Assembly: GCA_964016885.1 (NCBI GenBank)
Contig: OZ024750.1
Location: 2,294,001-2,358,000 of the forward strand
From: Eledone cirrhosa
Taxonomy: Eukaryota
Direction: 5' to 3'
Length of the DNA: 64,000 nucleotides
Shown here: positions 1 through 15,283 of the stretch, piece after piece
How the letters are laid out: every line of letters begins with the position of its first letter
Numbering within the stretch: position 1 is the first letter of the stretch
Program-made: the position numbers and the translations under genes
The notes under the pieces: generated by a model
Seen by the model: only the letters and a program-made list of their open reading frames with translations
What the model was told of the DNA's origin: nothing
Database searches by the model: none

Positions 1-463
1 CCATTTAAGTTGAAGGAATTGCTATTAAATAACTCTAGAACCCAATGCTCTGCCTGCAACAGAATAGCTATTGGAGCAAACATTCATGGTATAAGTTTAC
101 AAACAAACATTTTGTTCATTCATTTAGGAGTTAGTAGTAGTAGTTTAGTAGGAGTGTTATAGTAGCAGTAGTTTAGTAGTAGTATAGTAGTAATAGTAAA
201 AGCCCCCCCCCCCCCCCCCGGTTACAAATGACCATGGGACTCGCACCTAGAAAGTTTCCCTCGGAAGCACCACAAGCCTGGGGGCAAGTTGTCTCAGTGG
301 AAGACCAGCAATCGGCCATGCTTACCCCTTTCCATGCCACTAATCTTGTCCAAGGAAAAGACAAAGGCCAATGTGGCTTGGCACCAGTAACATCACAACT
401 TATTTCTACAGCTGAGTAAATTGGAGCAACATGAAATAAAGTGTCTTGTTCAAGGACACAACA

Positions 464-590
464 TAGTCGTAGTAGTAGTAACAGAAGTAGTAGTAACAGT
501 AGTAGTAGCAGTAGTAGTAACATAAGTAGTAGCAGTAGTAGTAACAGAAGTAGTAGTAACAGTAGTAGTAGCTGTAGTAGTAGTAGTAGT
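464..590. repeat. (TAG)n microsatellite; also 128-200
   Basis: Directly visible, flanking a SINE. Confidence 0.9.
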
Positions 591-761
591 ATATTCCATT
601 ACATAACAATGCAATGAGTGTTATATAACTATGAAATCCTTTCATCATAAAACATCCAGAAGCTGAAAAATCAAAAAAGGTTCATTTCTTATTTTTATAA
701 GTAATTTTTATCATTTTTTTTTTTTTTCATGTAATATTTTTTCCTTGATAAACATTTACAG

Positions 762-849
762 AATTAATGAAGAACCATTAATGTTGAGCTTCAGTGGTTT
801 ACATGGTGATGAAGAACCAGTCTTGAAGTGGAGAAGGGAACCAGATGAA
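762..849 (+). CDS. Penultimate coding exon of an unidentified gene (INEEPLMLSFSGLHGDEEPVLKWRREPDE)
   Basis: tttacag acceptor at 760-761 and gtaaga donor at 850. Open frame ends in phase 0 and joins in frame to 8570. Confidence 0.7.
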
Positions 850-871
850 GTAAGACAACCTTCATTTTTAT

Positions 872-1497
872 ATAATAATAATAATAATGAAATTATTGTG
901 TACAGTGCTCAGGTGCACTACAACTCGTCAAAGGTGCATGTATAGTACATAGAATAATACACAAATGTCAGGGAAGTGAATAGTGTATGAGTCATGGTAT
1001 ACATGTGTGTATGTGTATGCAGGGGGAACATTAGGTGTAGTGTTGGCGAATCTCGGGAAGCATGGAGGCCTTAAAGGATGCAGTGTCTCGACAGCTAACA
1101 ACTGATGCAGGTAGTTTGTTCCATGCTTCAGCAACTCTGAGCGTGAAAAAATGTTTCTGAAAGTCATGGGAACTGTACTGTTTTCTGACTTTGTGGGCAT
1201 GCCCACGTGTGTTAGACAGTTGGAAATCAAAAAGGTACTCAGGGTTGTTGTTGGCAAGATGGTTAACAATTTTGTGGGTGTTTACCAAGTCAGTTGCCAG
1301 GCATCGGAGCTTCAATGTATCCATGCCCAGGGAAGCAAGGCGTTCAGAGTATGGTAGATGCATGATGGAGGGTATTCGCTTGGTTGCACGTCTCTGAACA
1401 GTTTCCAGGCAGTCAATGTTCTGAGCAAGATAGGGGTTCCAGACTGGTAATGCAAATTCTAAGTGTGGCCGCACCATAGCATGTACAGCCTTAAATA
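872..1497 (-). mobile_element. CR1-clade LINE, 3' fragment (RT C-terminus, UTR, (ATT)n tail)
   Basis: ORF 1031-1477 VRPHLEFALPVWNPY...VQRRATK...RGH...[14 protein letters not shown]. Confidence 0.9.
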
Positions 1498-1504
1498 GAT
1501 AGTC

Positions 1505-1597
1505 ATGTTTAATATAGAAATGGCTTCTACAGGATTAGAACTGTTTCATTTGAAGGAAATCATCTAGTCCTGTAGAAGCCATTTCTATATTAAACAT
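1505..1597. repeat. Inverted repeat with 35-bp arms and a 23-nt loop
   Basis: atgtttaatatagaaatggcttctacaggattaga / tctagtcctgtagaagccatttctatattaaacat; single arms recur at about 22662 and 60862. Confidence 0.85.
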
Positions 1598-1720
1598 TGT
1601 ATATATTCTACTATGAATTGAATACCTTACTTACTGTGTTTACCACCGATTGAACATGGGATACACACATCTCTCTCTCTATATATATATATATGTATAG
1701 AATATATATACTGACATGTA

Positions 1721-1872
1721 GGCACATGGCTTAGTGGTTAGAGCATTGGCCTTGCAATCAAAAGGTTGTGAGTTCAATTCTCAGACCGGGTGATGTGTTG
1801 TTTCCTTGAGCAAGAGACTTTATTTCACATTGCTCCAGTTTACTCAGCTGTAGAAATGAGATGATAGGGACT
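1721..1872 (+). mobile_element. tRNA-derived CORE-type SINE; copies at 23106-23280(+), 21776-21932(-), 218-463(-), 30160-30281(-), 39781-39850(-)
   Basis: Box A TGGCTTAGTGG, box B GAGTTCAATTC, then CCTTGAGCAAG...CTCAGCTGTAGAAATG resembling the CORE domain. Confidence 0.8.
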
Positions 1873-1879
1873 ATTATAT

Positions 1880-3158
<1,279 letters not shown>

Positions 3159-4177
3159 TGGGACGAGCTGATAAATTCCGCTGATAAATTCCGACCTCAC
3201 ACGCTTACACCTCTCCAAGACAATGTCACTGGACCGAGACCTTTGGCGGTACTCAGTAATAGAGAAGACCCGCCTTACCTAAATACAAAGTAAAAACCTA
3301 CTACAGTCAGTAGGCATCTCTATCAAAACACACCCCGTCCCACCACCTCCACCCCACCCACACCGCCCCTTTCAATGTAAAGTTATGTTGGTCCCACAAC
3401 ATCCAGGCCGAAACAAATGAGATCGTGTAGGTGTCACGACAAAAAACACACAGTCCACGCTGTAAATGTGGCCGTGTAGGCAACACGGTAAAAACCTCCC
3501 AGCCCCACACTGTAAATGTGGTTGGTGTTAGGAAGGGCATCCAACTGTAGAAAAACCCGCCAGACAGTCCTATGCGAGCAAGACAACCACTCTTGCCTCA
3601 AGTGGGAAAACCCCCGTCCAAACCCATGCAAGCGTGGAACACGGACGCTAAACCTGATGATGATGATGATGATGATGATGATATATATTCTCTATATATA
3701 TATATATTCTATATATATATATATATATTCTATATATATATATATATTCTATACGAGCTGATAAACTCCGACCTCACGCACTTACACCTCTCCAAGACAA
3801 TGTCACTGGACTGAGACCTTTGGCGGTACTCAGTAATAGAAAAGACCTGCCTTACCTAAATACATAGTAAAACCTACTACAGCCAGTAGGCATCTCTAAC
3901 AAAATACACCCCCCCCCCCCCCACCCCATCCACACCACCCCCTCCTATGTAAAGTTATGTTGGTGCCACACCATCCAGGCCGAAACAAATGAGATTGTGT
4001 AGGTGTCACGACAAAAAAACACACAGTCCACGCTGTAATGTGGTTGGTGTTAGGAAGGGCATCCAACTGTAGAAAACCTGCCAGACAGTCCTATGCGAGC
4101 AAGACAATCACTCTTGCCTCAAGTGGGAATACCCCCGTCCAAACCCATGCAAGCGTGGAACACGGACGTTAAACGTT

Positions 4178-4377
4178 NNNNNNNNNNNNNNNNNNNNNNN
4201 NNNNNNNNNNNNNNNNNNNNNNNNNNNNNNNNNNNNNNNNNNNNNNNNNNNNNNNNNNNNNNNNNNNNNNNNNNNNNNNNNNNNNNNNNNNNNNNNNNNN
4301 NNNNNNNNNNNNNNNNNNNNNNNNNNNNNNNNNNNNNNNNNNNNNNNNNNNNNNNNNNNNNNNNNNNNNNNNNNNNN
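4178..4377. other. Assembly gap (200 N)
   Basis: Run of n. Confidence 1.
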
Positions 4378-5399
4378 GTGCAATAAGTAGCAGCAAGTGC
4401 CCACACAATACTAGCTCTTTCAATTGCGCAGAGGGTTCTATAGAAATAGTGGACAGCTTCCGTTACCTGGGCGATAAAATCAGCAGTGGGGGAGGGTGCT
4501 CTGAAAGTACTGTAGCTAGAGTCAGAACTGGTTGGAAAAAGTTCAGAGAGCTTATACCACTATTAGCTGCTAAAGGGTTCTCCCTAAAAATGAAAGGCAG
4601 GTTGTACGATGCCTGCATACGAACAGCAATGTTGCATGGCAGTGAGACCTGGGCATTGTGTGCAGAGGATATACGCAGACTAGAGAGGAACGAAGCTTGC
4701 ATGCTCCGCTGGATGTGTAACAGTAATATACGTGAACGGCAAAGCATAAACGAACTAAGGAAAAAATTAGAGATAAGAGGGATCAGATGTTGTTTACTCG
4801 AGAGAAGGCTACGTTGGTATGGACACGTGATGCGCATGAAAGTCGATAGCTGTATAACAAAGTGCAGGGCAATAAAGATAGACGGTAGCCACGGAATAGG
4901 CAGACCTAGAAAAACCTGGGACGAGCTGATAAACTCCGACCTCACACACTTACACCTCTCCAAGACAATGTCACTGGACCGAGACCTTTGGCGGTACTCA
5001 GTAACAGAGAAGACCCGCCTTGCCAGTAGGCATCTCTAACAAAATACACCCCGTCCCACCACCACCACCCCCACCCCATCCACACCACCCCGTCCTATGT
5101 AAAGTTATGTTGGTGCCGCGCCATCCAGGCCGAAACAAATGAGATCGTGTAGGTGTCACGACAAAAAAACACACAGTCCACGCTGTAATGTGGCCGTGTA
5201 GGCAACACGGTAAAAACCTCCCAGACCCACACTGTAAATGTGGTTGGTGTTAGGAAGGGCATCCAACTGTAGAAAACCTGCCAGACAGTCCTATGCGAGC
5301 AAGACAATCACTCTTGCCTCAAGTGGGACTACCCCCGTCCAAACCCATGCAAGCGTGGAACACGGACGTTAAACGTTGATGATGATGATGATGATGATG
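4378..5399 (+). mobile_element. RTE-clade LINE 3' end with SINE-like tail and (GAT)n
   Basis: ORF FRYLG...GRLYDACIRTAMLHGSETW...[12 protein letters not shown]...GRPRKTW; truncated by the gap. Confidence 0.9.
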
Positions 5400-6770
<1,371 letters not shown>

Positions 6771-8569
6771 TCATCATCATCATCAACGTTTAACGTTCGT
6801 GTTCCACGCTTGCATGGGTTTGGGCAGGGTTTTTTCCCACTTGAGGCAAGAGTGATTGTCTTGCTCGCATAGGACTGTCTGGCGGGTTTTCTACAGCTGG
6901 ATGCCCCTTCCTAACACCAACCACATTTACACTGTGGGGCTGGGGGGTTTTTACCGTGTTGCCTACATGGCCACATTACAGCGTGGACTGTGTGTTTTTT
7001 GTCGTGACACCTACACGATCTCATTTGTTTCGGCCTGGATGTTGTGGCACCAACATAACTTTACATTGAAAGGGGGCAGTGTGGAGTTTTGTTAGAGATG
7101 CCTACTGACTGTAGTAGGTTTTTACTTTGTAGATGCCTACTGACTGTAGTATATATATATATATATATATGTATATAGAATATATATGTATATATCATCA
7201 ACGTTTAACGTCCGTGTTCCACGCTTGCATGGGTTTGGACGGGGGTAAGTCCCACTTGAGGCCAGAGTGATTGTCTTGCTCGCATAGGACTGTCTGGCAG
7301 GTTTTCTACAGTTGGATGCCCTTCCTAACACCAACCACATTTATATATATATATTCTATATACATATATATATTCTATGTATATAGAATATATATATATA
7401 GAAGATATTTCATATGTGATTGTTGAACATTAAACTTATAACAGAAACTATTTTCTGAATCCTACACTTGTTGAAGTATTGTAAAGCAATTCCACAAATT
7501 GATCTCCATTTTCTGTTTAACTAGAAAACAGAAATGTTGACATCTTACTCTTGAACTTCTTGATATCGTTATCTGATGCTCTAATAGATAGGTAGGTAGT
7601 CATTGCCTTCAGCAATCTTTAGATATCTACTCTATTGATTCGGTCAAATATATAATTACATTTTATCAATATTCTTGTATTATTATTATCATTATTATCA
7701 TTTAACAGCCATTTTCCCTGCTAGCAAGGATTGGACAAGTCATCAGCTGTATTATATTAATCGAAATTATGTAATTGTGACAAATTATTATAATTTAAAC
7801 AGATATTGAATGTTTTCTTATTATGGCACATGGTCGGCAGCAATTCAGGGGAAGGGAAAGCTAAATATATCAACCCCAGTACTTGATTGCTACTTTATTT
7901 TATCAACCTCGAAAGGATAAAAAGCAAAATTGATCTCAGCAGGATTTGAACTCAAATGTAAGGAGCCAGAAAAAATCAGATAAAATACAAAAGTACTTTA
8001 TATAAAAAAGTACTTTATCTGATGCTCTAATAGATAGATATATAACATATATTAAATGTCTGAAAGGATCGACTGTAAATGTGTAAGAAACTCTAATTAA
8101 ACTGTGAATGAACCTTCTAATAAAACAAAGTTTCTACTTTTGGCACAAGGCCAGCAATTACCCCAGTCCATCACTGGTACTTTATTTTATCGACCTCGTA
8201 AGGATGAAAGACAAAGTTATCCTCGGCGGATTTGAACTCAGAAAGTAAAGGGCCATAACTATGCTGCAAAGCATGGTGTCTGACGCTCTACCAATACTGC
8301 CAAACCATCGTAAAATAAAGTGACATAAGGTTATAATAAAGAATTTTAATTTTTTAAATTGTTCTTTATAATAAAATTAAAATTTTGAATACATGATTCT
8401 GAAAGCACCTAAAATATTCAAATTCTGGATTTGACAAACAATTACTCTATTAATCAGATTATTTCATTGGGAGTCCTGTCATCTAATCTCAAAAAATACA
8501 AGTAAAATTGTTTTGTTTTCATTTTTACAAATTTAGTTGAAATTAATAATATTTTCTTAATGTTTCCAG

Positions 8570-8737
8570 AAAATTTGGACAAACGAGCCTGTGCAAGAAA
8601 TATGCCCAATAACTAAAGTTCCAAGGCCTTCAGGATATTTGAGGAAATCTCTTCAAAAGAAATTTGTTTCAAATTTTGAAAAACATGATGCTCTTGTCTT
8701 TTCTAAATCTAAAGGAAGAAAATTCTCAATGCCATAA
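8570..8737 (+). CDS. Terminal coding exon of the same unidentified gene (KIWTNEPVQEICPITKVPRPSGYLRKSLQKKF...FSMP*)
   Basis: tttccag acceptor, phase 0, 56 codons ending TAA at 8735-8737. Convergent with the AXDND1 3' end. Confidence 0.7.
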   Translation, partial: KIWTNEPVQEICPITKVPRPSGYLRKSLQKKFVSNFEKHDALVFSKSKGRKFSMP

Positions 8738-9810
8738 GCCTCAAACGTTACCCCTGAAATCTTGATTCTTTGAAAAAAATTTGTAAATTTACAATTTTAA
8801 GTAAAAATGGAAACTGGAAATATTTATAAAATCTGTAGCATTACTGCCAGAAATGTAGTATAGCAAAGCATTTTTATTTATATAATGGATAGTCTAACCC
8901 ATGCTAGCATGGAAGATGGACGTTAAATGATGATGATAGAGAGAAAAAGAGCTATTTTCACCTAAAAGCTCTTAATACTAATTTACTAATTTTAGTATGT
9001 TTTTTATGTCTTGATTATTAAAATCATAGCAGGCAAAACAAACAAACACAAGATGATAAACAATATGTACAGTAAGTTGAAGTTGATTGAGGCAAGACAA
9101 CATTTTCTAGTTATTTAAAAAGAATGAGAGTATTCCTAATTATGAAAGAAGAATGGGAATAATGTTCCAAATAGGAATGATCTCAACACAAGAATTGAAA
9201 AGTTAACAGATTAAGTAACAACTTTAAGTGAAATTAAATGAGATGTCTTGAATTTCCCCATATTTAACCATAGGTGATAAATTAAATTTCAGATTGTAAA
9301 AAATTTTTTGTTTTGTTTTTTTATGAGAACTTAAGAATCAAATATATAAAATTATTTGATACATATTCTATAAACAGATATTAAAACAGGGCGGAATGTT
9401 TAAACTAAAAGAAATTACAGATAAACATAGTTGAAAGAGAAACATTAGTTAAAATTGTTTCCTATACATGCTACAAATGAGATGCAGTTCAAAACACAAT
9501 ACCACATACAGTAAATAGGCACAAAAATGGGATTTGTGCAATTCAGAATAAATTTAATGGCAATAACTGACATAAATCCGTGTGCAACTGCAGCTCGAAG
9601 TTTTGGTAACTCAGTAAAGTGCCTAGAGTTTGAATGGAAATGAAATTAATCCAAACAGTTATATAGCTTTAACTTGTAGGAGCTAAACTAGCATTTAAAA
9701 AATAAAATCCTTCAAAGTCACATAATCAGTGAAATAGAATTTATTAGGTTAAAGACTAATTCACATCAATTATAATTGTAGTTAATGTCTTGAAATAGAA
9801 AACAAGAAGC

Positions 9811-10093
9811 TTATTTTTTTTTACTCTTTGTGGTTTTCATTGAAGATTTTTTTGGAGTTTTTCCTGTTTGTTGTGAGGATAAACTAACGGGTTTTCTGCC
9901 TTTATGTGAAGCTGGAGTGGCTGATAAATTTACATCTATCTCTTCATCAGAATTTTCATCAGAATTTTCATGAAAATTTACTTCTGTAGCTGTTTTCTCA
10001 GTTGCTATCCTCAGGAGTTCCCGATAGTACATTATTTCAGCTTCAGCCCTCTCTGCTCGATCTTCAAGATTCTGGGCCCTCTTTTCAGTCATA
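9811..10093 (-). CDS. AXDND1: AXDND1 terminal coding exon 25 ([17 protein letters not shown]...KSKKK*)
   Basis: tctcag acceptor, phase 2, TAA at 9813-9811. Confidence 0.88.
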
Positions 10094-13000
10094 CTGAGAT
10101 AAACAAAATACCACACAATATTCAATATAAATATATTTTAAGTCGTTTAATTAAATGTATTTAAATCAAATGAAAATTAATACAACTTTATATTATAATG
10201 AAATAAAAATATAACACATTGTATTGTCTTGATTTTATGTCATAAATAAATACATCTACCCCCAGCGTTGACAAGGTGCTTTTTGTCATGACACCAACAC
10301 AACCACTTTACAGTGTGGACTGGGGGCTGATGTAATGGCATGGGTGAAGAGTTGGGTGTAAGGACATAGGTGGAGTGTTATAATGTGGGAGGTTTGAAGA
10401 TTACATTAAAATGCTAGAATACAAAGACGACGCAGTAGAAGAAAACCACGAAAAAGATGGACGGAGGTGGTGAGAGTAGATCGCTGAAGCTGATGGTGGA
10501 GATGACGAAGGACTGTGAGAAGTGGAGAGATGCTGTGCTGAATAGGATCCATCCCACCCTTGCAAGCAGGGAAAAGCGGACGTATGATGATGATGATAAC
10601 AAACAATAAAAATCAGAATGCTTTAATTAAAGCAATCTGTATACAGATATCAATAATTATTTATAAATAATCAATTTGGTATAGAATGACAGCCGTATTC
10701 AAAGCATCTGAGTCAATGAGAAAATAAAAATGAGCAGCTTTAAAATACAAAACTGATTAGATGACATTTATTTGAAATATCAACCAGCTGAAACCAGTGA
10801 TTTCTTACAAACACAAGAAAGTGAAAGTTAGCCAAAATGTAAAACACTGAAACTATATATATGCAAGATATGTGTCTCTAGAGTATAGTCAAAACAGTTA
10901 GAAAATGGTTTAGTAATGAAAATGGTTTAGCAATAAAAATGTCATCGTACAATAAATTCTCTTCAAGTCGAATTCCCAAGCTGGGAACGTGTTGTGCAGT
11001 GTTATATATACAATTGCAAATAGAGCACTGTTGAGAGTATCACCACCACCACCCCTCATTATCACCACGACCACAATTACCCCCCCCCCCCCCATCATCA
11101 CCACAATTACCAGCCCTCCCACAAGTCTATGGTAGTTTGAATTCTTTTCTTTATGTTGTAATACATGATTATAGTGATCCTGTCAGAAAGCTCTGCTAGG
11201 AGATTCTCTTCTCCCCAGCAAAACTGTGGATTGTTTGAAAATAATAAGCTATACTTACAGTAACTGTTCTTGTAACATCTTCACTGTATTAAGAGCTATA
11301 TATGCATTAGAGGTGTTAGGTGCATTAAGTTCAGCTTCCTTTGAAGATAGTTCATCAGGAACCTACAAAAATAAATAAGGCAACTAGATTTATATCTAAA
11401 ATAACTAATATCATCATAATAATAATAATAATGAAATAATTGTGTAAAGTGCTCAGGTGCACTACAACTCATCAAAGGTGCATGTATAGTACATAGAATA
11501 ATATACAGATGTCAGGGAAGTGAATAGTGTATGAGTCATGATATACATGTGTGCATGTGTATGGAGGGGGAATATTAGGTGAATCTCAGGAAGCATGGAG
11601 GTTTTAAAGGATGCAGTTTCTCGACAGCTAACAATTGATGCAGCTAGTTTGTTCCATGGAGGTTTTAAAGGATGCAGTGTCTCAACAGCTAACAACTGAT
11701 GCAGATAGTTTGTTCCATGCTTCAGCAACTCTGAGCGTAAAAAAATGTTTCCGAAAGTCATGGGAGCTGTGCTGTTTTCTGACTTTGTTGGCATGCCCAC
11801 GTGTTAGACACACAGAAATTAAAACGGTACTCAGGGTTGTTGTTGGCAAGCATCATAAAGTCTTATTTCAAAGAGCAGATCACCATTGATCATATATTTT
11901 TGTATATTACATTTGTAATGATCCTAACACAAATTAATTGTATTTATTATATGTGTTTATATTTTCATTCAATAAAAGATATAACACAATTTGATTAAAA
12001 AAAAATTCTCATTAAAGGTGTATTGGCAAAAACCTGGCTACATGATGTATGGCCAAGTCTTTAACCCTTTAGCATTTAAACTGGTCATATCCGGCCAGAA
12101 TTCTCTCACCGCTTTCTGTTCCAACCAGCTGTAACTGGCCACTCATATTCAAGTTAAGGTATTGTTCTCAAAATAAATAATATCAAAATCTCATAGATTC
12201 AATATTATGTGAGGTAAAGCCTTTACTGCAAAAATACAATAGTATATATAGAGTAATGTAAATGTTAAAGGGGTAAAGGAACACACTTCCATGAAAACAC
12301 AGAATTAATTAGTATTAGAACTGCCAAAAAGAAACAATATAATAAATTTCTAATGTTTTGAACTGGATATTTGTTTAGATCAACAGAAAGAAGCAGATTA
12401 GAAAAAGATAACATTTATTCTATACTTTAAAATTAGACCACAGTCTGAGTAAAAGGAAAAACATATCATGCTCTAGCATTGTATTATGACAATCAAAGCA
12501 ACCCCTCTAAGAAATGTTATTCAAGAATTTTGGTGTTCAAAGATATTTAACTACCATAAATGCCAGAAAAACATAACTATATTTATTCTATGTGATTATT
12601 ATCCAACCCTTATAAACAATAGAAACAGGTCTGTGGTCTATGGTTTAGTTTACATAAATAATGAGGCTACTGTGTAAAAACTTACTTGAAGTCTGGTGTA
12701 GTCTAGTTCTTTACAATAGGTGATGCCATCACTTCCAATCACTTCTATGAAGTCTTCTTCAGCTGGTTGCTAAGTATAAATTACAATAAAATACATTGAA
12801 GCCATGAACATGCTAATACAATATATATATGTGTTGAGAGAGAAACTGTGTTTAAGAGGGATAAGTTGTAGTGTATGGGAGAGAAGACTGCGATGGTATG
12901 GACATGTGATGCACATGGAGGATGACCGCTGGGTAAAGAAGTGCCAAGAAATCCCAGTAGAAGGAAGACCACGAAAAACATGGGCGGAGGTGGTGAGAGC

Positions 13001-15239
13001 AGACCTCAGATCGCTGAAACTCATGGAGGAGATGACGAAGGGCCATGACAAGTGGAGATATGCTGTGCTGAATAGGACCCGTCCCACCCTTGCAAACAGG
13101 GAAAAGCGGACATAAAATGATGATGATGTGTTTTGTATACCGATTTTCATTGCCATTCATTTTATTGTTTCAAATACAGTCGTAATTGTTTTATTGTTTT
13201 GCTCCTTTCATTTTTGGGTGGTGCAGGTGTTCATAATTTTCTGACAATTTTTTTTTTTTGGGGGGGGGGGTAGTTGCTGGTAGTAGCATACTTCCCCTCC
13301 CCTTTCTATACACCTCCACACCTGAACACGCCCACCCCCACCCTTCCGGAAAGTGATATAAGGTTAAACAATGCAAAATGGACGATAAGCTGAAGGTAAT
13401 GAAAAATTTGGCTACTTTGTTTTGTTTTTGTTGTTGTTGTTTATTTCAGGACTTAAAATTCCCTTCTTCAGAATATAAGGAACTCTCAGAGAAAAATGTT
13501 CCAGTTTCTTCTCTTTGGAATTAAATTTAGATTTAACCCTTTAGCATTTAAACCGGCCATATCCGGCCAGAATTCTCTCACCTCTTTCTGTTCAAACTGG
13601 CTGTAACCAGTCACTTATACTGATGTTAAGGTATTGTTTTCCAAATAAATGATATCAAAATCTCACAGATTCGATATTATGTGGGATATTATGTGAGATA
13701 AAGTGTTTACCATAAAACTGCAATAGTATATATAGAGTAATGTAAATGCTAAAGGGTTAAGATGAAAGAAAAAACAGCAACAAAAACAAATAAAGATTAC
13801 CAGGTAACTTACTTTTCTGTTACCTTCAACTTACCGCCCAGTTTCCATTGTTTAGCCATATATCACTTTCCACATTATATATTTTATACAATGCTTTAAG
13901 TAAACTACATTATACATGAAAATAGAATTTTTAAAAACTTCTTACTTCTATTATCGTGCTTGATAACTGTTTTAAGAAACCTCTTTGAGGTACCCCAATA
14001 GAATATTTCTGATCATATTTCCTTGGTTTGCCTAATTTAGCTATAGTTGCTAGCCATTCCTCTTCACTATATGGTGTTTGGATACCTTCTTCTGTTTGGA
14101 CTTCTACAGATTTTAGCAATTCTTTTGATTTTTCAGTTTCTTTTGGTGTTCTATCAGAACTACTCTCAATAACATTTTCATCTTTATAACTTAAAGATTT
14201 TTGGATGTTTTTCTCACCAGACTCAGTCTTTAAATTTTCTTCCAATTCAACCACTTTTACCATGTAAATAGATTTCATGGATTCTTCTGCAGACCTTTCA
14301 GCAATTTGATCCTGTAAACAGAAATTATTTTGATGCCATTAAATTTTCCTTTCAAATTCAGATATTTTGTTTAGTAAGTACTTTTATACAGAAAGTTTAG
14401 TAAGTACTTTTATACAGAAAGGCAATTACTAGAGAAAATTCTAATACTTGTGATAATACTTGATTTGACAGAGTTACATATTATGGGCAGGACACATTGC
14501 CAGAATGACTGACAAGAGATGGACCACCTGTGTCACCTTCTGAACCTCACAAGGTCATACAAGAAACTGAGGCCACCAGAAGACCAGATGACAAGGCAAC
14601 CCCGAGGAATGGCTCAGGATCAGCAAAGATGGCACAGCCTAGGGAAGGCCTATGTCCAACAACAGACTTTCCAGGGCTGAAGAATGGATTATTTATTGTT
14701 CATTTATTACCACAGTTCATAGTCTGACCATGAAGGAGTTATGCTAGAGCTGTGAAATCTTGCATACAATAATTTCAACTCTTTTTTTTAATAAATGCAT
14801 TGTTTCTTTCCAGGGACTATGTTGAAAAATAAACCTCATTTGGTCATTCCATGAGAGTATCTTGCACAGCCTGTGAACTTTTCTGCCAACCATCATACAA
14901 CAAATTCTCAATGTTAACTTCATAAAATTTGAGTCAGTAGTGAAACCCCTTAACAATCTTCACTTTGAGTTAAACCTCTAAGATAAGCCTATAAATATCT
15001 AAAATATTATAATTAAATAATTACCGGTATTTGAAAATCATCATATGGGGGGATAGTTAATTTTTCCATTAATCCTTTCATATTAGGATCCTTATCTTCT
15101 TCAGGAATGTCTTCTACTTCTTTAGCCACAGTTTGCTTAATGTTAGGAAATATATGCAATAGGTGCTGATTCATAATATCAGAAAGTAACAATTTAGCAG
15201 TATATATCCAGCGGTCACAGTCATCCTGAAAGGAAAATA

Positions 15240-15283
<44 letters not shown>

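Noticed and set aside
1-88. Possible upstream exon of the unidentified gene
   Set aside because: Joining the donor at 89 to 762 gives a stop in the frames tested (TGA at the junction or TAA soon after); unresolved.
1721-1790. tRNA gene (also 23106, 34407, 62859)
   Set aside because: The A/B boxes run into SINE bodies; no closed acceptor stem; multicopy.
4449-5039. Host gene encoding a 196-aa protein
   Set aside because: It is the C-terminal part of an RTE LINE reverse-transcriptase ORF truncated by the gap.
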